DNA from: an uncultured bacterium | GTDB lineage: Bacteria; Pseudomonadota; Gammaproteobacteria; Burkholderiales; SG8-39 | Direction: 5' to 3' | Length of the DNA stretch: 60,493 nucleotides | NCBI GenBank assembly: GCA_965233185.1 | Contig: CBDDSA010000090.1 | Span: 1-60,493, forward strand | Shown here: piece after piece, positions 42,587 through 51,934 of the stretch | Numbering within the stretch: the first letter of the stretch is position 1 | Layout of the letters: the number at the start of each line of letters is the position of its first letter | Position numbers and translations under genes: made by a program | The notes under the pieces: model-generated | Database searches by the model: none | Told to the model about the DNA's origin: nothing | Seen by the model: the letters and a program-made list of their open reading frames with translations, nothing else

Positions 42587-43363
42587 ATGACGCTCGGATG
42601 GATCCTGGCCGCCAGCCTGGCCGGCGGCACGCTGTCGGCCGGCCTGGCCGCGCTCTCGCTCAAGCTGCGCGCGAGCTGGGTGCCGATGCTGGTGTCCTTC
42701 GCGATCGGCGCACTGCTGGGGGCGGCGTTCCTCGAAGTCATCCCGCACGCCTTCGAGCGCGGCGACCCGCACGAGGCCGCCACCGCCATCCTGGGCGGCA
42801 TCTTCGCTTTCTTCGTGATGGAAAAGCTGCTGCTGTGGCGCCACTGCCATACGGAAAACTGCGAGGTGCACGACCCGCACCAGCCGGGCCCGCGCGCCGG
42901 CGCGAACGACCATGGCCGCAGCGGCCTGCTCATCGTGGTCGGCGATACGGTGCACAACTTCGTCGACGGACTGCTCATCGCCGCGGCGTTCCTGCAAAGC
43001 ACCGAGCTCGGCATCATCGCCGCCGCGGCCATCATCGCGCACGAGATTCCGCAGGAAGTGGGCGACTTCCTGATCCTGCTGCACTCGGGCTACAGCCGTG
43101 CCCGCGCGCTCGCGATGAACCTGCTGTCGTCGGCGGCCACGGTGGTCGGCGGGGTGCTCGGCTATTTCTCGCTGCAGCTGGTGGCGCAATGGGAGGCGAC
43201 CTTGCTGGGGATCGTCGCCGCGAGCATGATTTACGTCGCGGTCGCCGACCTGATCCCGGGCTTGCACCGGCAGCCGGAGCTGCGCGACACGGCCTCGCAG
43301 GCCCTGCTGATCGCGCTGGGCATTGCAGCAATCGCCGGCGTTCGTGCCTGGGTGGCGCACTGA
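42587..43363 (+). CDS. ZIP family metal transporter
   Basis: GALLG.AF....PHA, His/Cys loop HCHTENCEVHDPH, GD.VHNFVDG, AHEIPQEVGDF. Confidence 0.9.
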   Translation: MTLGWILAASLAGGTLSAGLAALSLKLRASWVPMLVSFAIGALLGAAFLEVIPHAFERGDPHEAATAILGGIFAFFVMEKLLLWRHCHTENCEVHDPHQPGPRAGANDHGRSGLLIVVGDTVHNFVDGLLIAAAFLQSTELGIIAAAAIIAHEIPQEVGDFLILLHSGYSRARALAMNLLSSAATVVGGVLGYFSLQLVAQWEATLLGIVAASMIYVAVADLIPGLHRQPELRDTASQALLIALGIAAIAGVRAWVAH

Positions 43364-43408
43364 GCACCATGGGCAAAAAGGACTAGTTTTCAGCCACTTG
43401 ATAATCAT

Positions 43409-43437
43409 TTGACGAGGCGTCTTGTGCGGCGCAGAAT
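43409..43437 (+). promoter_or_regulatory. sigma70 promoter of phaC with overlapping PhaR-like box
   Basis: TTGACG-N17-CAGAAT, ATG 9 nt downstream; TGCGGCGCAGAA at 43425-43436. Confidence 0.7.
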
Positions 43438-43446
43438 CGCCCGCGC

Positions 43447-45141
43447 ATGCAACACGGCTCCCCCGACGCCCTGCTGGCCGCAATCTCGCAGTCGAGCAAC
43501 GAGCTGACCCAGGGGTGGATGCGGGTGCTGGCCTCAGCGCCCGGCGCCATGGCCATGCCTTGGCTATCCGCCAACAGCGCTTTGCAGTCCGCGTATCTGG
43601 AAAAGCAGGCCGGGCTATGGAACGCGATGCTGTCGGGGCGCAGCAGCGAGCCGCCGGCCGCGACGGCGCCCGCAGATCGCAGATTCGCGCATCCCGCCTG
43701 GCGCGACAACCCGTACTACGACTACCTGAAGCAGTCCTATCTGCTGGCCGCGCGGTATCTCGAGGAGGTCGTGGAGCACGCGGCGCTCGACCCCGCGGCC
43801 CGCGAGCGCGCGCGTTTCGCGGTGAGACAGTGGAACGATGCCATGTGCCCTGCCAATTTTGCCGCGACCAATCCGGCCGCGCTCGAGCAGGCCCGCGCCA
43901 CCAACGGCGAAAGCCTGGCGCGCGGCCTCGCCAACCTGATGGGCGACGTGCAAAGGGGCCGCATCGCCCAGACCGACGAGGCGGCGTTCGAGGTCGGCCG
44001 CAACCTCGGCTTGACGCCGGGGAGCGTCGTCTTCGAGAACGAGCTGATCCAGCTCATCCAGTACGCGCCGAAGACCGCCCAGGTCGCGCAACGCCCGCTC
44101 GTCATGGTGCCGCCGTGCATCAACAAGTTCTACATCCTGGACCTGCAGCCGGAAAATTCCTTCGTCGCGCACGCCGTGGCCAGCGGCCAGACCGTGTTCA
44201 TGGTGTCGTGGCGCAATGTCGGGCCCGAGCAGGGCCATCTCTCGTGGGACGACTATCTGCAGATGGGCGTGTTCAGCGCCTTCAGGGTCGCCCGGGAAAT
44301 CGCGGGAAGCGACAAGGTCAACGCGCTGGGCTTCTGCGTCGGTGGCACGCTGCTGGGCGCGGCTCTCGCGGTACTGTCCGAAAAACGGGAAGAGCTCGTG
44401 GCGAGCGCCACCTTCCTCGCGGCCATGCTCGACTTCGCCGAGCCGGGCCCGATCGGCCTGTTCGTGGACGAGGCGAGCGTAGCGGCGCGCGAAGCCACCA
44501 TCGGACGGCGCGGTATCCTGCCCGGGTCGGATCTCGCCTTCGTTTTTTCCAGCCTGCGCGCCAACGACCTCGTGTGGCCGTACGTGGTCAGCAACTACCT
44601 GCTCGGCGAGACGCCGGCGGCGTTCGACCTGCTGTACTGGAACGCCGACAGCACCAACCTGCCGGGACCGATGTACTGCTATTACCTGCGCAACATGTAC
44701 CTGGAGAACCGGCTGCGCGAGCCGGGCGCGCTCGCCAACTGCGGCGTGCCGGTCGACCTCGGAAAGATCGAGCTGCCCATCTTTGTCCTCGCCACGCGGG
44801 AAGACCACATCGTGCCGTGGCGCTCCGCCTACCGCACGCTCGGCCTGCTCGGCGGCGCGGACAAGACCTTCGTGCTGGGCGCGAGCGGCCACATCGCCGG
44901 CGTGGTCAATCCGCCTTCGAAGAAGCGCCGCAGCTACTGGAGCGGGGAGCTTCCGCCGCAAGACCCCGATGAATTCCTGACATCTTCAAAAGAGCGCCGC
45001 GGCAGCTGGTGGCCGGTCTGGTCGGATTGGCTTTCGCGGCACGGCGGCGCAGTGCGCGAGGCACCTTCGGCGCCGGGAAATGTCCAATATCGACCCATCG
45101 AGGCGGCGCCCGGCCGCTATGTGAAGCAGCGCATCCACTAG
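43447..45141 (+). CDS. phaC: Class I poly(3-hydroxyalkanoate) synthase
   Basis: DRRF...W, PPCINKFYILDL, GFCVGG lipase box, DLLYWN.D, DHIVPW, SGHIAG, GSWW. Confidence 0.96.
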   Translation: MQHGSPDALLAAISQSSNELTQGWMRVLASAPGAMAMPWLSANSALQSAYLEKQAGLWNAMLSGRSSEPPAATAPADRRFAHPAWRDNPYYDYLKQSYLLAARYLEEVVEHAALDPAARERARFAVRQWNDAMCPANFAATNPAALEQARATNGESLARGLANLMGDVQRGRIAQTDEAAFEVGRNLGLTPGSVVFENELIQLIQYAPKTAQVAQRPLVMVPPCINKFYILDLQPENSFVAHAVASGQTVFMVSWRNVGPEQGHLSWDDYLQMGVFSAFRVAREIAGSDKVNALGFCVGGTLLGAALAVLSEKREELVASATFLAAMLDFAEPGPIGLFVDEASVAAREATIGRRGILPGSDLAFVFSSLRANDLVWPYVVSNYLLGETPAAFDLLYWNADSTNLPGPMYCYYLRNMYLENRLREPGALANCGVPVDLGKIELPIFVLATREDHIVPWRSAYRTLGLLGGADKTFVLGASGHIAGVVNPPSKKRRSYWSGELPPQDPDEFLTSSKERRGSWWPVWSDWLSRHGGAVREAPSAPGNVQYRPIEAAPGRYVKQRIH

Positions 45142-45151
45142 GAGACACCCC

Positions 45152-46327
45152 ATGGAAGACATCTTCATCGTCGGCGCAGCGCGTACCCCGATCGGCAAGT
45201 TCGGCGGCAGCCTGGCGAAGACGCCGGCCTCGGAGCTGGGCGCGCTCGTGATCCGCACGGTGCTGGAGCGCGCCGGCGTGGCGCCCGAGCAGGTGTCCGA
45301 GGTGATCCTGGGCCAGGTGCTGACCGCGGGCGTGGGACAGAATCCGGCGCGCCAGGCCGCCATGCGCGCCGGCCTGCCGCACATGATTCCTTCGATGACC
45401 ATAAACAAGGTGTGCGGCTCCGGGCTCAAGGCGGCAATGCTGGGCGCGCAGGCCATCGCGCACGGCGACTCGGATATCGTGGTGGCCGGCGGACAGGAAT
45501 CGATGAGCCTGTCGCCGCACGCGATGATGGGCTCGCGCGACGGCTTTCGCATGGGTGACGCCAAGATGGTCGACACCATGATCGTCGACGGCCTGTGGGA
45601 CGTATACAACCAGTATCACATGGGCGTGACCGCCGAGAACGTCGCCAAGGAGTACGCGGTAACGCGCGAGGAGCAGGACGAGTTCGCCGTCGCGAGCCAG
45701 AACAAGACCGAAGCGGCGCAAAAGGGCGGCCGCTTCAAGGACGAGATCATCGCGGTCGAGATCCCCACGAGAAAGGGCCCCACGGTGTTCGCCGACGACG
45801 AGTATCCGCGGCACGGCGCCACGCTCGAGGCGATGAAGGCCCTGAAGCCCGCGTTCGACATGGGCGGCACGGTGACGGCGGGCAATGCCTCGGGCATCAA
45901 CGACGGCGCTGCAGCGGTGCTCCTCGCTTCTTCGAAAAAAGTGAAAGAGCTGGGGCTCAAGCCGCTTGCGCGCATCCGGGCTTTTGCCTCGGCCGGCGTG
46001 GACCCGAAGTACATGGGCATGGGTCCGGTGCCGGCTTCCAAGCGCTGCCTCGCGCGCGCCGGCTGGGAGCCGAAGGACCTTGATCTCATGGAGATCAACG
46101 AGGCATTCGCCGCCCAGGCCATCGCCGTGAACCGCCAGATGGGCTGGGACACGAAGAAGGTGAACGTGAACGGCGGCGCCATCGCGCTCGGCCACCCGAT
46201 CGGCGCCTCGGGCGCACGCGTGCTGGTGACGCTGCTACATGAAATGCAAAAGCGGGACGCAAAGCGCGGCCTCGCTTCGCTGTGCATCGGCGGGGGCATG
46301 GGGGTTGCCCTCGCCGTGGAACGCTAG
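45152..46327 (+). CDS. phaA: Acetyl-CoA acetyltransferase (beta-ketothiolase)
   Basis: NKVCGSG, NASGINDGAA, NEAFAAQ, GHPIGASG, LCIGGGMG; follows phaC. Confidence 0.95.
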   Translation: MEDIFIVGAARTPIGKFGGSLAKTPASELGALVIRTVLERAGVAPEQVSEVILGQVLTAGVGQNPARQAAMRAGLPHMIPSMTINKVCGSGLKAAMLGAQAIAHGDSDIVVAGGQESMSLSPHAMMGSRDGFRMGDAKMVDTMIVDGLWDVYNQYHMGVTAENVAKEYAVTREEQDEFAVASQNKTEAAQKGGRFKDEIIAVEIPTRKGPTVFADDEYPRHGATLEAMKALKPAFDMGGTVTAGNASGINDGAAAVLLASSKKVKELGLKPLARIRAFASAGVDPKYMGMGPVPASKRCLARAGWEPKDLDLMEINEAFAAQAIAVNRQMGWDTKKVNVNGGAIALGHPIGASGARVLVTLLHEMQKRDAKRGLASLCIGGGMGVALAVER

Positions 46328-46337
46328 AAAGGAAGAA

Positions 46338-47138
46338 ATGAAAATCGACGTAATGGAAGCATCGCAGGAAGAAAGCTGGCGCATCCAGAGCCGGCCGGTC
46401 ATTCAGCGCATCGCGTTCGTCTCGGGCGGCATGGGGGGCATCGGCAGCGCCATCTGCCGGCGCTTCGCGCAGTCCGGGCACACGGTGGTGGCCGGCTGCC
46501 TGCCGGGCTACGAGAAGAAGCAGGAATGGCTCGGCGCCATGCGCGCCGAGGGATTCAAGGTGCACGCGGCCGAAGGCGACGTGGCCGACTTCGACTCGAC
46601 CGCGGAAATGTTCTACAACATCCGCTCGGTGGTCGGCCCGGTCGACATCCTGGTGAACAACGCCGGCATCACCCGCGACTCGGTGTTCAAGCGCATGACC
46701 GAGCAGGACTGGATGGCGGTGATCAACACCAACCTGAACAGCGTGTTCAACGTCACCCGCCAGGTGATCGACGGCATGAGCGAGCGCGGCTGGGGGCGCA
46801 TCATCAACATCTCCTCGGTGAACGCCATCAAGGGGCAGTTCGGCCAGACCAACTATTCGGCGGCCAAGGCGGGCATGGCGGGCTTCGCCAAGGCGCTGGC
46901 GCAGGAGGTTGTCAAGAAAGGCGTGACAGTGAATACCGTGTCGCCGGGGTACGTCGAGACCGACATGGTGAAGGCCATCAAGCAGGAGATCCGCGACCAG
47001 ATCATCGCCACCATTCCGATGGGCCGCCTCGCGCAGCCCGAGGAGATCGCCGCGGTGGTCGCCTTCCTCGCCTCGGAAGAGGCGGGCTACATCACCGGCG
47101 CCAACATCTCGGTGAACGGCGGAATGCATATGATGTAA
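46338..47138 (+). CDS. phaB: Acetoacetyl-CoA reductase, copy 1 (N-terminally extended)
   Basis: GGMGGIG, NNAGITRD, KGQFGQTNYSAAKAG, VSPGY; ATG 46338 after AAGGAAG. Confidence 0.92.
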   Translation: MKIDVMEASQEESWRIQSRPVIQRIAFVSGGMGGIGSAICRRFAQSGHTVVAGCLPGYEKKQEWLGAMRAEGFKVHAAEGDVADFDSTAEMFYNIRSVVGPVDILVNNAGITRDSVFKRMTEQDWMAVINTNLNSVFNVTRQVIDGMSERGWGRIINISSVNAIKGQFGQTNYSAAKAGMAGFAKALAQEVVKKGVTVNTVSPGYVETDMVKAIKQEIRDQIIATIPMGRLAQPEEIAAVVAFLASEEAGYITGANISVNGGMHMM

Positions 47139-47175
47139 AAGTCGATGTAGACTCCCCCTTCCCCAGGAGGAGCGT

Positions 47176-47922
47176 ATGGCAAAGCAAAGGATCGCGGTCG
47201 TAACCGGAGGCATGGGCGGCCTCGGCGAGACGATCTCGACCAAGATGGCCGACGCCGGCTATCGCGTCGTGGTGACGTATTCGCCGGCCAACACCAAGTA
47301 CAAGGCATGGCTCGAGGAGATGAAGGGCCGCGGCTACGCCTTCGCCGCGTTTCCCGTCGACGTCATGGACTACGACGACTGCGCGCGCAAGATGGGCAGC
47401 ATCCAGTCCGAGTGCGGGGCGATCGACATCCTGGTGAACAACGCCGGCATCACGCGCGACATGACCTTCAAGCGCATGACCAAGGCCGACTGGGACGCGG
47501 TGATGCGCACCAACCTGGACTCCTGCTTCAACATGACCAAGCAGGTGATGGACGGCATGGTGGACCGCAGCTGGGGGCGCGTCATCAACGTCTCCTCGGT
47601 GAACGGCCAGAAGGGCGCGTTCGGGCAGACCAACTACTCCGCCGCCAAGGCCGGCATCCACGGCTTCACCAAGGCGCTGGCGCTGGAGGTGGCGCGCAAG
47701 GGCGTCACGGTGAACACCATATCGCCGGGCTATATCGGCACGAAGATGGTGACCGCCATCCCCAAGGACATCCTCGACTCCAAGATCCTGCCGCAGATCC
47801 CGATCGGGCGCCTGGGCAAGCCCGACGAGGTGGCCGGTCTCATCATCTACCTGTGCTCGGAGGAGGCCGCCTTCGTCACCGGCGCCAACATCTCCATCAA
47901 CGGCGGCCAGCACATGTATTAA
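47176..47922 (+). CDS. phaB: Acetoacetyl-CoA reductase, copy 2
   Basis: AGGAGGAG SD; TGGMGGLG, NNAGITRD, KGAFGQTNYSAAKAG, INGGQHM. Confidence 0.92.
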   Translation: MAKQRIAVVTGGMGGLGETISTKMADAGYRVVVTYSPANTKYKAWLEEMKGRGYAFAAFPVDVMDYDDCARKMGSIQSECGAIDILVNNAGITRDMTFKRMTKADWDAVMRTNLDSCFNMTKQVMDGMVDRSWGRVINVSSVNGQKGAFGQTNYSAAKAGIHGFTKALALEVARKGVTVNTISPGYIGTKMVTAIPKDILDSKILPQIPIGRLGKPDEVAGLIIYLCSEEAAFVTGANISINGGQHMY

Positions 47923-47930
47923 GGAGTACC

Positions 47931-48509
47931 ATGGGCGCGATGGAAAGCCAGTTGCGGCTGATCAAGAAGTACCCCAATCGCCGGCTCTACGACACCAAGA
48001 CGTCGAGCTACATCACGCTTGCCGACGTCAAGCAGATGGTGCTCAAGCAGGAGGAATTCCAGGTGGTCGACGCCAAGAGCGGCGACGACCTCACGCGCCA
48101 GATCCTGCTGCAGATCATCCTCGAGGAGGAGTCGGGCGGCATGCCGATGTTCTCGTCCCACTTGCTGTCCCAGCTCATCCGCTCCTACGGCAACGCCATG
48201 CAGGGCATGATGGGCAGCTACCTCGAGCGCAACCTGCGCGCCTTCCAGGACATCCAGAAGGCCATGCAGGAGCAGTCCCAGCGCATGTACGGCGACAACT
48301 CGCGCGCCTCGCAGGAGCTGTGGGCGCAGTTCATGAACCTGCAGGGCCCGGCGATGCAGAGCCTGATGCAGGCCTACATGGAGCAGAGCCAGAAGGTGTT
48401 CGCGCAGTTCCAGGAGCAGATGCAGAGCCAGGCGCGCAACATGTTCACCGGCATGCCGTTCCCCGGCTTTCCCGCCTCCCAGCAGAAGAACGACCCCGAC
48501 AAGCAGTAA
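47931..48509 (+). CDS. phaR: PHA synthesis repressor
   Basis: AAGGAG SD; IKKYPNRRLYDT..S.YITL.DV, VVDAK.G.DLTR..LLQII. Confidence 0.95.
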   Translation: MGAMESQLRLIKKYPNRRLYDTKTSSYITLADVKQMVLKQEEFQVVDAKSGDDLTRQILLQIILEEESGGMPMFSSHLLSQLIRSYGNAMQGMMGSYLERNLRAFQDIQKAMQEQSQRMYGDNSRASQELWAQFMNLQGPAMQSLMQAYMEQSQKVFAQFQEQMQSQARNMFTGMPFPGFPASQQKNDPDKQ

Positions 48510-49793
48510 GTGCCGAAGATAGGTTTCGTCTCGCTGGGCTGTCCCAAGGCCCTGGTGGATTCCGAGCGCATCCTCACCCAGCTGCGCGCCGAGGGCTACG
48601 CCACCTCGCCGAGCTACGCCGGCGCCGACCTGGTGATCGTCAATACCTGCGGCTTCATCGACGCGGCGGTCGAGGAGTCGCTCGAGGCCATCGGCGAGGC
48701 GCTGTCCGAGAACGGCAAAGTGGTTGTGACAGGGTGCTTAGGGGCGAAAGAAGGCGTAGTTCAAAAAGCGCATCCCTCGGTTCTTGCCGTGACCGCGCCG
48801 CACGACACCGCGGCGGTGATGCACGCGGTGCACGCGCACCTGCCCAAGCCCCACGACCCATACGTCGACCTGGTGCCTGCGCAGGGCGTGAGGCTCACCC
48901 CGAGGCATTACGCTTACCTGAAGATCTCCGAAGGCTGCAACCACCGCTGCACTTTCTGCATCATCCCCTCGATGCGCGGCGACCTGGTGTCGCGGCCGCT
49001 CGGGGAAGTGATGCAGGAGGCGGAAAACCTGGTGAAGGCGGGCGTCCGGGAGCTGCTCGTCATCTCGCAGGACACCAGCGCCTACGGTGTTGACGTGAAA
49101 TACAGAACCGGCTTCTGGCGCGGGAAACCGGTGAAAAGCAATCTTTTCCATCTCGTGAAATCTCTCGGCGAGCTCGGCGTGTGGGTCAGGCTGCACTACG
49201 TCTACCCGTATCCGCATGTCGACGAAGTGATTCCGCTGATGGCCGAAGGAAAGATCCTGCCGTACCTCGACATCCCGTTCCAGCACGCCGCGCCGAGGAT
49301 CCTCAAGCTGATGTACCGCCCGGCGAGCGCGGAGAAGGTGCTGGAGCGCGTGCTCCGCTGGTGCGAGGCCTGTTCGGACCTCACCATCCGCAGCACTTTC
49401 ATCGCCGGCTTCCCCGGCGAGACCGAGGCCGAGTTCTCGGAGCTGCTCGAGTTCCTGAAGGAAGCCCAGCTCGATCGCGTCGGCTGCTTTGCGTACTCGC
49501 CGGTCGAGGGCGCGGCGGCCAATGCGCTTCCCGACCCGGTGCCCGACGCGGTGAGGGAGGAGCGCCGCGCCCGCCTGATGTCCGTACAACAAGACATCAG
49601 CCAGGCGCGCCTGAAGCGCAACCTGGGCAAAACCATCGACGTCATCGTCGACCAGCCGGGTGTCGGCCGCAGCAAGGGCGATGCGCCCGAGATCGACGGC
49701 GTGGTGCGCTTCAAGGGCGCAAAGAGCGGAGAATTCGCGAAGGTCAGGATCGATCGCGCGGACGAGCACGATCTCTACGGGAAACTCCAATGA
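48510..49793 (+). CDS. rimO: Ribosomal protein S12 methylthiotransferase
   Basis: SLGCPKA.VD, VNTCGFI, radical SAM C...C..C (GCNHRCTFC), APEIDG TRAM domain. Confidence 0.95.
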   Translation: MPKIGFVSLGCPKALVDSERILTQLRAEGYATSPSYAGADLVIVNTCGFIDAAVEESLEAIGEALSENGKVVVTGCLGAKEGVVQKAHPSVLAVTAPHDTAAVMHAVHAHLPKPHDPYVDLVPAQGVRLTPRHYAYLKISEGCNHRCTFCIIPSMRGDLVSRPLGEVMQEAENLVKAGVRELLVISQDTSAYGVDVKYRTGFWRGKPVKSNLFHLVKSLGELGVWVRLHYVYPYPHVDEVIPLMAEGKILPYLDIPFQHAAPRILKLMYRPASAEKVLERVLRWCEACSDLTIRSTFIAGFPGETEAEFSELLEFLKEAQLDRVGCFAYSPVEGAAANALPDPVPDAVREERRARLMSVQQDISQARLKRNLGKTIDVIVDQPGVGRSKGDAPEIDGVVRFKGAKSGEFAKVRIDRADEHDLYGKLQ

Positions 49794-49839
49794 GCACAGG
49801 AAGAAATTGCTCTGACCCCTTTTCCAGACGGAGACTGCA

Positions 49840-51024
49840 ATGAGCAATCGCGAAGTGGTGGTGGTATCGGGCGTGCGCACGGCGATCGGCGACTACGGGG
49901 GCTCGCTCAAGGAAATGCCGGCCACCAAGCTCGGCGCCGTCGCCATCCGGGAAGCGCTGGCGCGCGCCAAGGTGGATCCGGCCGGCGTGGGCCACGTGGT
50001 GATGGGCAGCGTCATCCACGGCGAGGCGAGGGACATGTATCTGTCGCGGGTGGCCGCCGTGGACGCGGGGGTGCCGGTGGGTACGCCCTGCCTGACGGTG
50101 AACCGGCTGTGCGGCTCGGGCCTGCAGGCCATCGTATCGGCGGCGCAGCACCTGATGCTCGGGGACTGCGACATCGCGGTCGCCGGCGGCGCCGAGAGCA
50201 TGAGCCGCGCCGCGTACTTCCTGCCCGCCGGCCGCTGGGGCCAGCGCATGGGCGACGCGGCGGTGGTCGACGCCATGACCGGCGCGCTGCACGATCCTTT
50301 CGGCCACGGCCACATGGGCGTCACCGCGGAGAACATCGCCGCCAAGTACGGCTTCACGCGCGAGCAGCAGGACGAGTTCGCGGTGGAATCCCACGCCAGG
50401 GCGGCGCGCGCGCTCGATGCCGGCCATTTCAAGAGCCAGATCGTCCCCGTCGAGCTCAAGACCCGCAAGGGCGTCGAGCAGTTCACGGCCGACGAGCATG
50501 TGCGCAAGGGCGCGAAGATGGAGGACCTCGCCAAGCTGAAGGCGGTGTTCAAGAAGGACGGCAGCGTGACCGCGGGCAACGCATCGGGATTGAACGACGC
50601 CGGCGCCGCCGTGGTTCTCATGGAAGCTCAGACCGCGAAGCGGTCGAATGCCAAAGTAATGGCCAGGCTCGTCGCCTATGCGCACGCCGGCGTCGAGCCG
50701 CAGCTCATGGGCCTCGGGCCGATTCCCGCGGTGCGCCGCGTCTTCGAGAAGTCCGGCCTCAAGCCGGCCGACATGGACATCGTCGAGTCCAACGAGGCGT
50801 TCGCCGCGCAGGCAATGGCGGTGAGCCGCGACCTCGGCCTCGACCCGGCGAAGGTCAACCCCAACGGGGGCGCCGTGGCCCTCGGCCACCCCATCGGCGC
50901 CACCGGCAGCATCCTCACCGTCAAGGCGCTCTACGAGCTCGAGCGCACGCAGAAGCGCTATGCCCTGGTGACCATGTGCATCGGCGGCGGCCAGGGCATT
51001 GCCGCGATCTTTGAGCGCGCATAG
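49840..51024 (+). CDS. bktB: Beta-ketothiolase BktB-like
   Basis: RTAIG.YGGSL, DMYLSRVAA, NRLCGSG, GHPIGATG, MCIGGGQG; position after rimO as in betaproteobacterial pha clusters. Confidence 0.88.
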   Translation: MSNREVVVVSGVRTAIGDYGGSLKEMPATKLGAVAIREALARAKVDPAGVGHVVMGSVIHGEARDMYLSRVAAVDAGVPVGTPCLTVNRLCGSGLQAIVSAAQHLMLGDCDIAVAGGAESMSRAAYFLPAGRWGQRMGDAAVVDAMTGALHDPFGHGHMGVTAENIAAKYGFTREQQDEFAVESHARAARALDAGHFKSQIVPVELKTRKGVEQFTADEHVRKGAKMEDLAKLKAVFKKDGSVTAGNASGLNDAGAAVVLMEAQTAKRSNAKVMARLVAYAHAGVEPQLMGLGPIPAVRRVFEKSGLKPADMDIVESNEAFAAQAMAVSRDLGLDPAKVNPNGGAVALGHPIGATGSILTVKALYELERTQKRYALVTMCIGGGQGIAAIFERA

Positions 51025-51043
51025 CGCTTAAACTTGCGGCGAA

Positions 51044-51928
51044 ATGCGCCGCAAACCCCGCATCGGTCTCGCCCTGGGCGCCGGCAGCGCGCGCGGCTGG
51101 GCGCACATCGGCGCCATTCGCGCGCTCGAGGAACGCGGCATCAAGCCCGACCTGGTGTGCGGCACCTCGATCGGGGCGCTGGTGGGCGCGGCCTACGCGG
51201 CGGGCGATCTGGACCGTCTGGAGCAGTGGGTCGGCGGCCTTGCCTGGACCACGGTGGTGCGGCTCATGGACCTCACCTGGCGCGGCGGCCTGATCCGCGG
51301 CCAGCGTCTGTTCACGCTGTTTCGCACGATGTTCGAAGAGCGCAACATCGACGACCTGCCGATCCCGTTCGGGGCGGTGGCCACCGAGCTCTACTCGGGG
51401 CGCGAGCTTTGGCTGCGCCACGGCAACCTGATGGATGCGGTGCGCGCCTCGTGCGCGATGCCCGGCCTTTTCACGCCGGTGGTGCGCGACAACGTGCTGG
51501 TGGTCGATGGCGGCCTGGTCAATCCGGTCCCGGTGTCGATGTGCCGCGCGCTCGGCGCGGAGCTGGTGATCGCCATCGACCTGAGCTGGGGCAAGCTGGG
51601 CGCCTACCGCGAGCGCGGCCGAGCGGTGGCGCCGCGCGAAGTCCCCGGGTGGCTGGCGCGGCTGCGCCCGGGGTGGGCCGAAAAGAAGGGAGCGGTCGAG
51701 GAGACGCCGGCCATTCCATCGATCTTCGAGGTATTCGCCACGTCGCTCGACGTGGTCGAGATCCGCGTCGCGCGCAGCCGGCTCTCGGGTGACCCGGCGG
51801 ACGTCCTGATCACGCCGCTGCTGCCCGACTTCGCCACCATGGATTACCACCGGGCCAAGGAAGCCATCGAAGAAGGGCGCATCGCGGTGGAGCGCATGGC
51901 GCCTTTGCTAGAGCAGGTCATCGGCTAG
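51044..51928 (+). CDS. Patatin-like phospholipase/esterase (RssA-like)
   Basis: LG.GSARGWAHIG, GTSIG nucleophile, AS...PG.F.P, DGG. Confidence 0.9.
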   Translation: MRRKPRIGLALGAGSARGWAHIGAIRALEERGIKPDLVCGTSIGALVGAAYAAGDLDRLEQWVGGLAWTTVVRLMDLTWRGGLIRGQRLFTLFRTMFEERNIDDLPIPFGAVATELYSGRELWLRHGNLMDAVRASCAMPGLFTPVVRDNVLVVDGGLVNPVPVSMCRALGAELVIAIDLSWGKLGAYRERGRAVAPREVPGWLARLRPGWAEKKGAVEETPAIPSIFEVFATSLDVVEIRVARSRLSGDPADVLITPLLPDFATMDYHRAKEAIEEGRIAVERMAPLLEQVIG

Positions 51929-51934
51929 GCCGGC

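Noticed and set aside
43369..43386. Mini-ORF MGKKD upstream of phaC as a leader peptide
   Set aside because: It lies upstream of the predicted phaC promoter, has no SD and no attenuator structure
48510..49793. rimO inside the PHA cluster as a novel link
   Set aside because: The phaR-rimO-bktB order is already familiar from betaproteobacterial genomes
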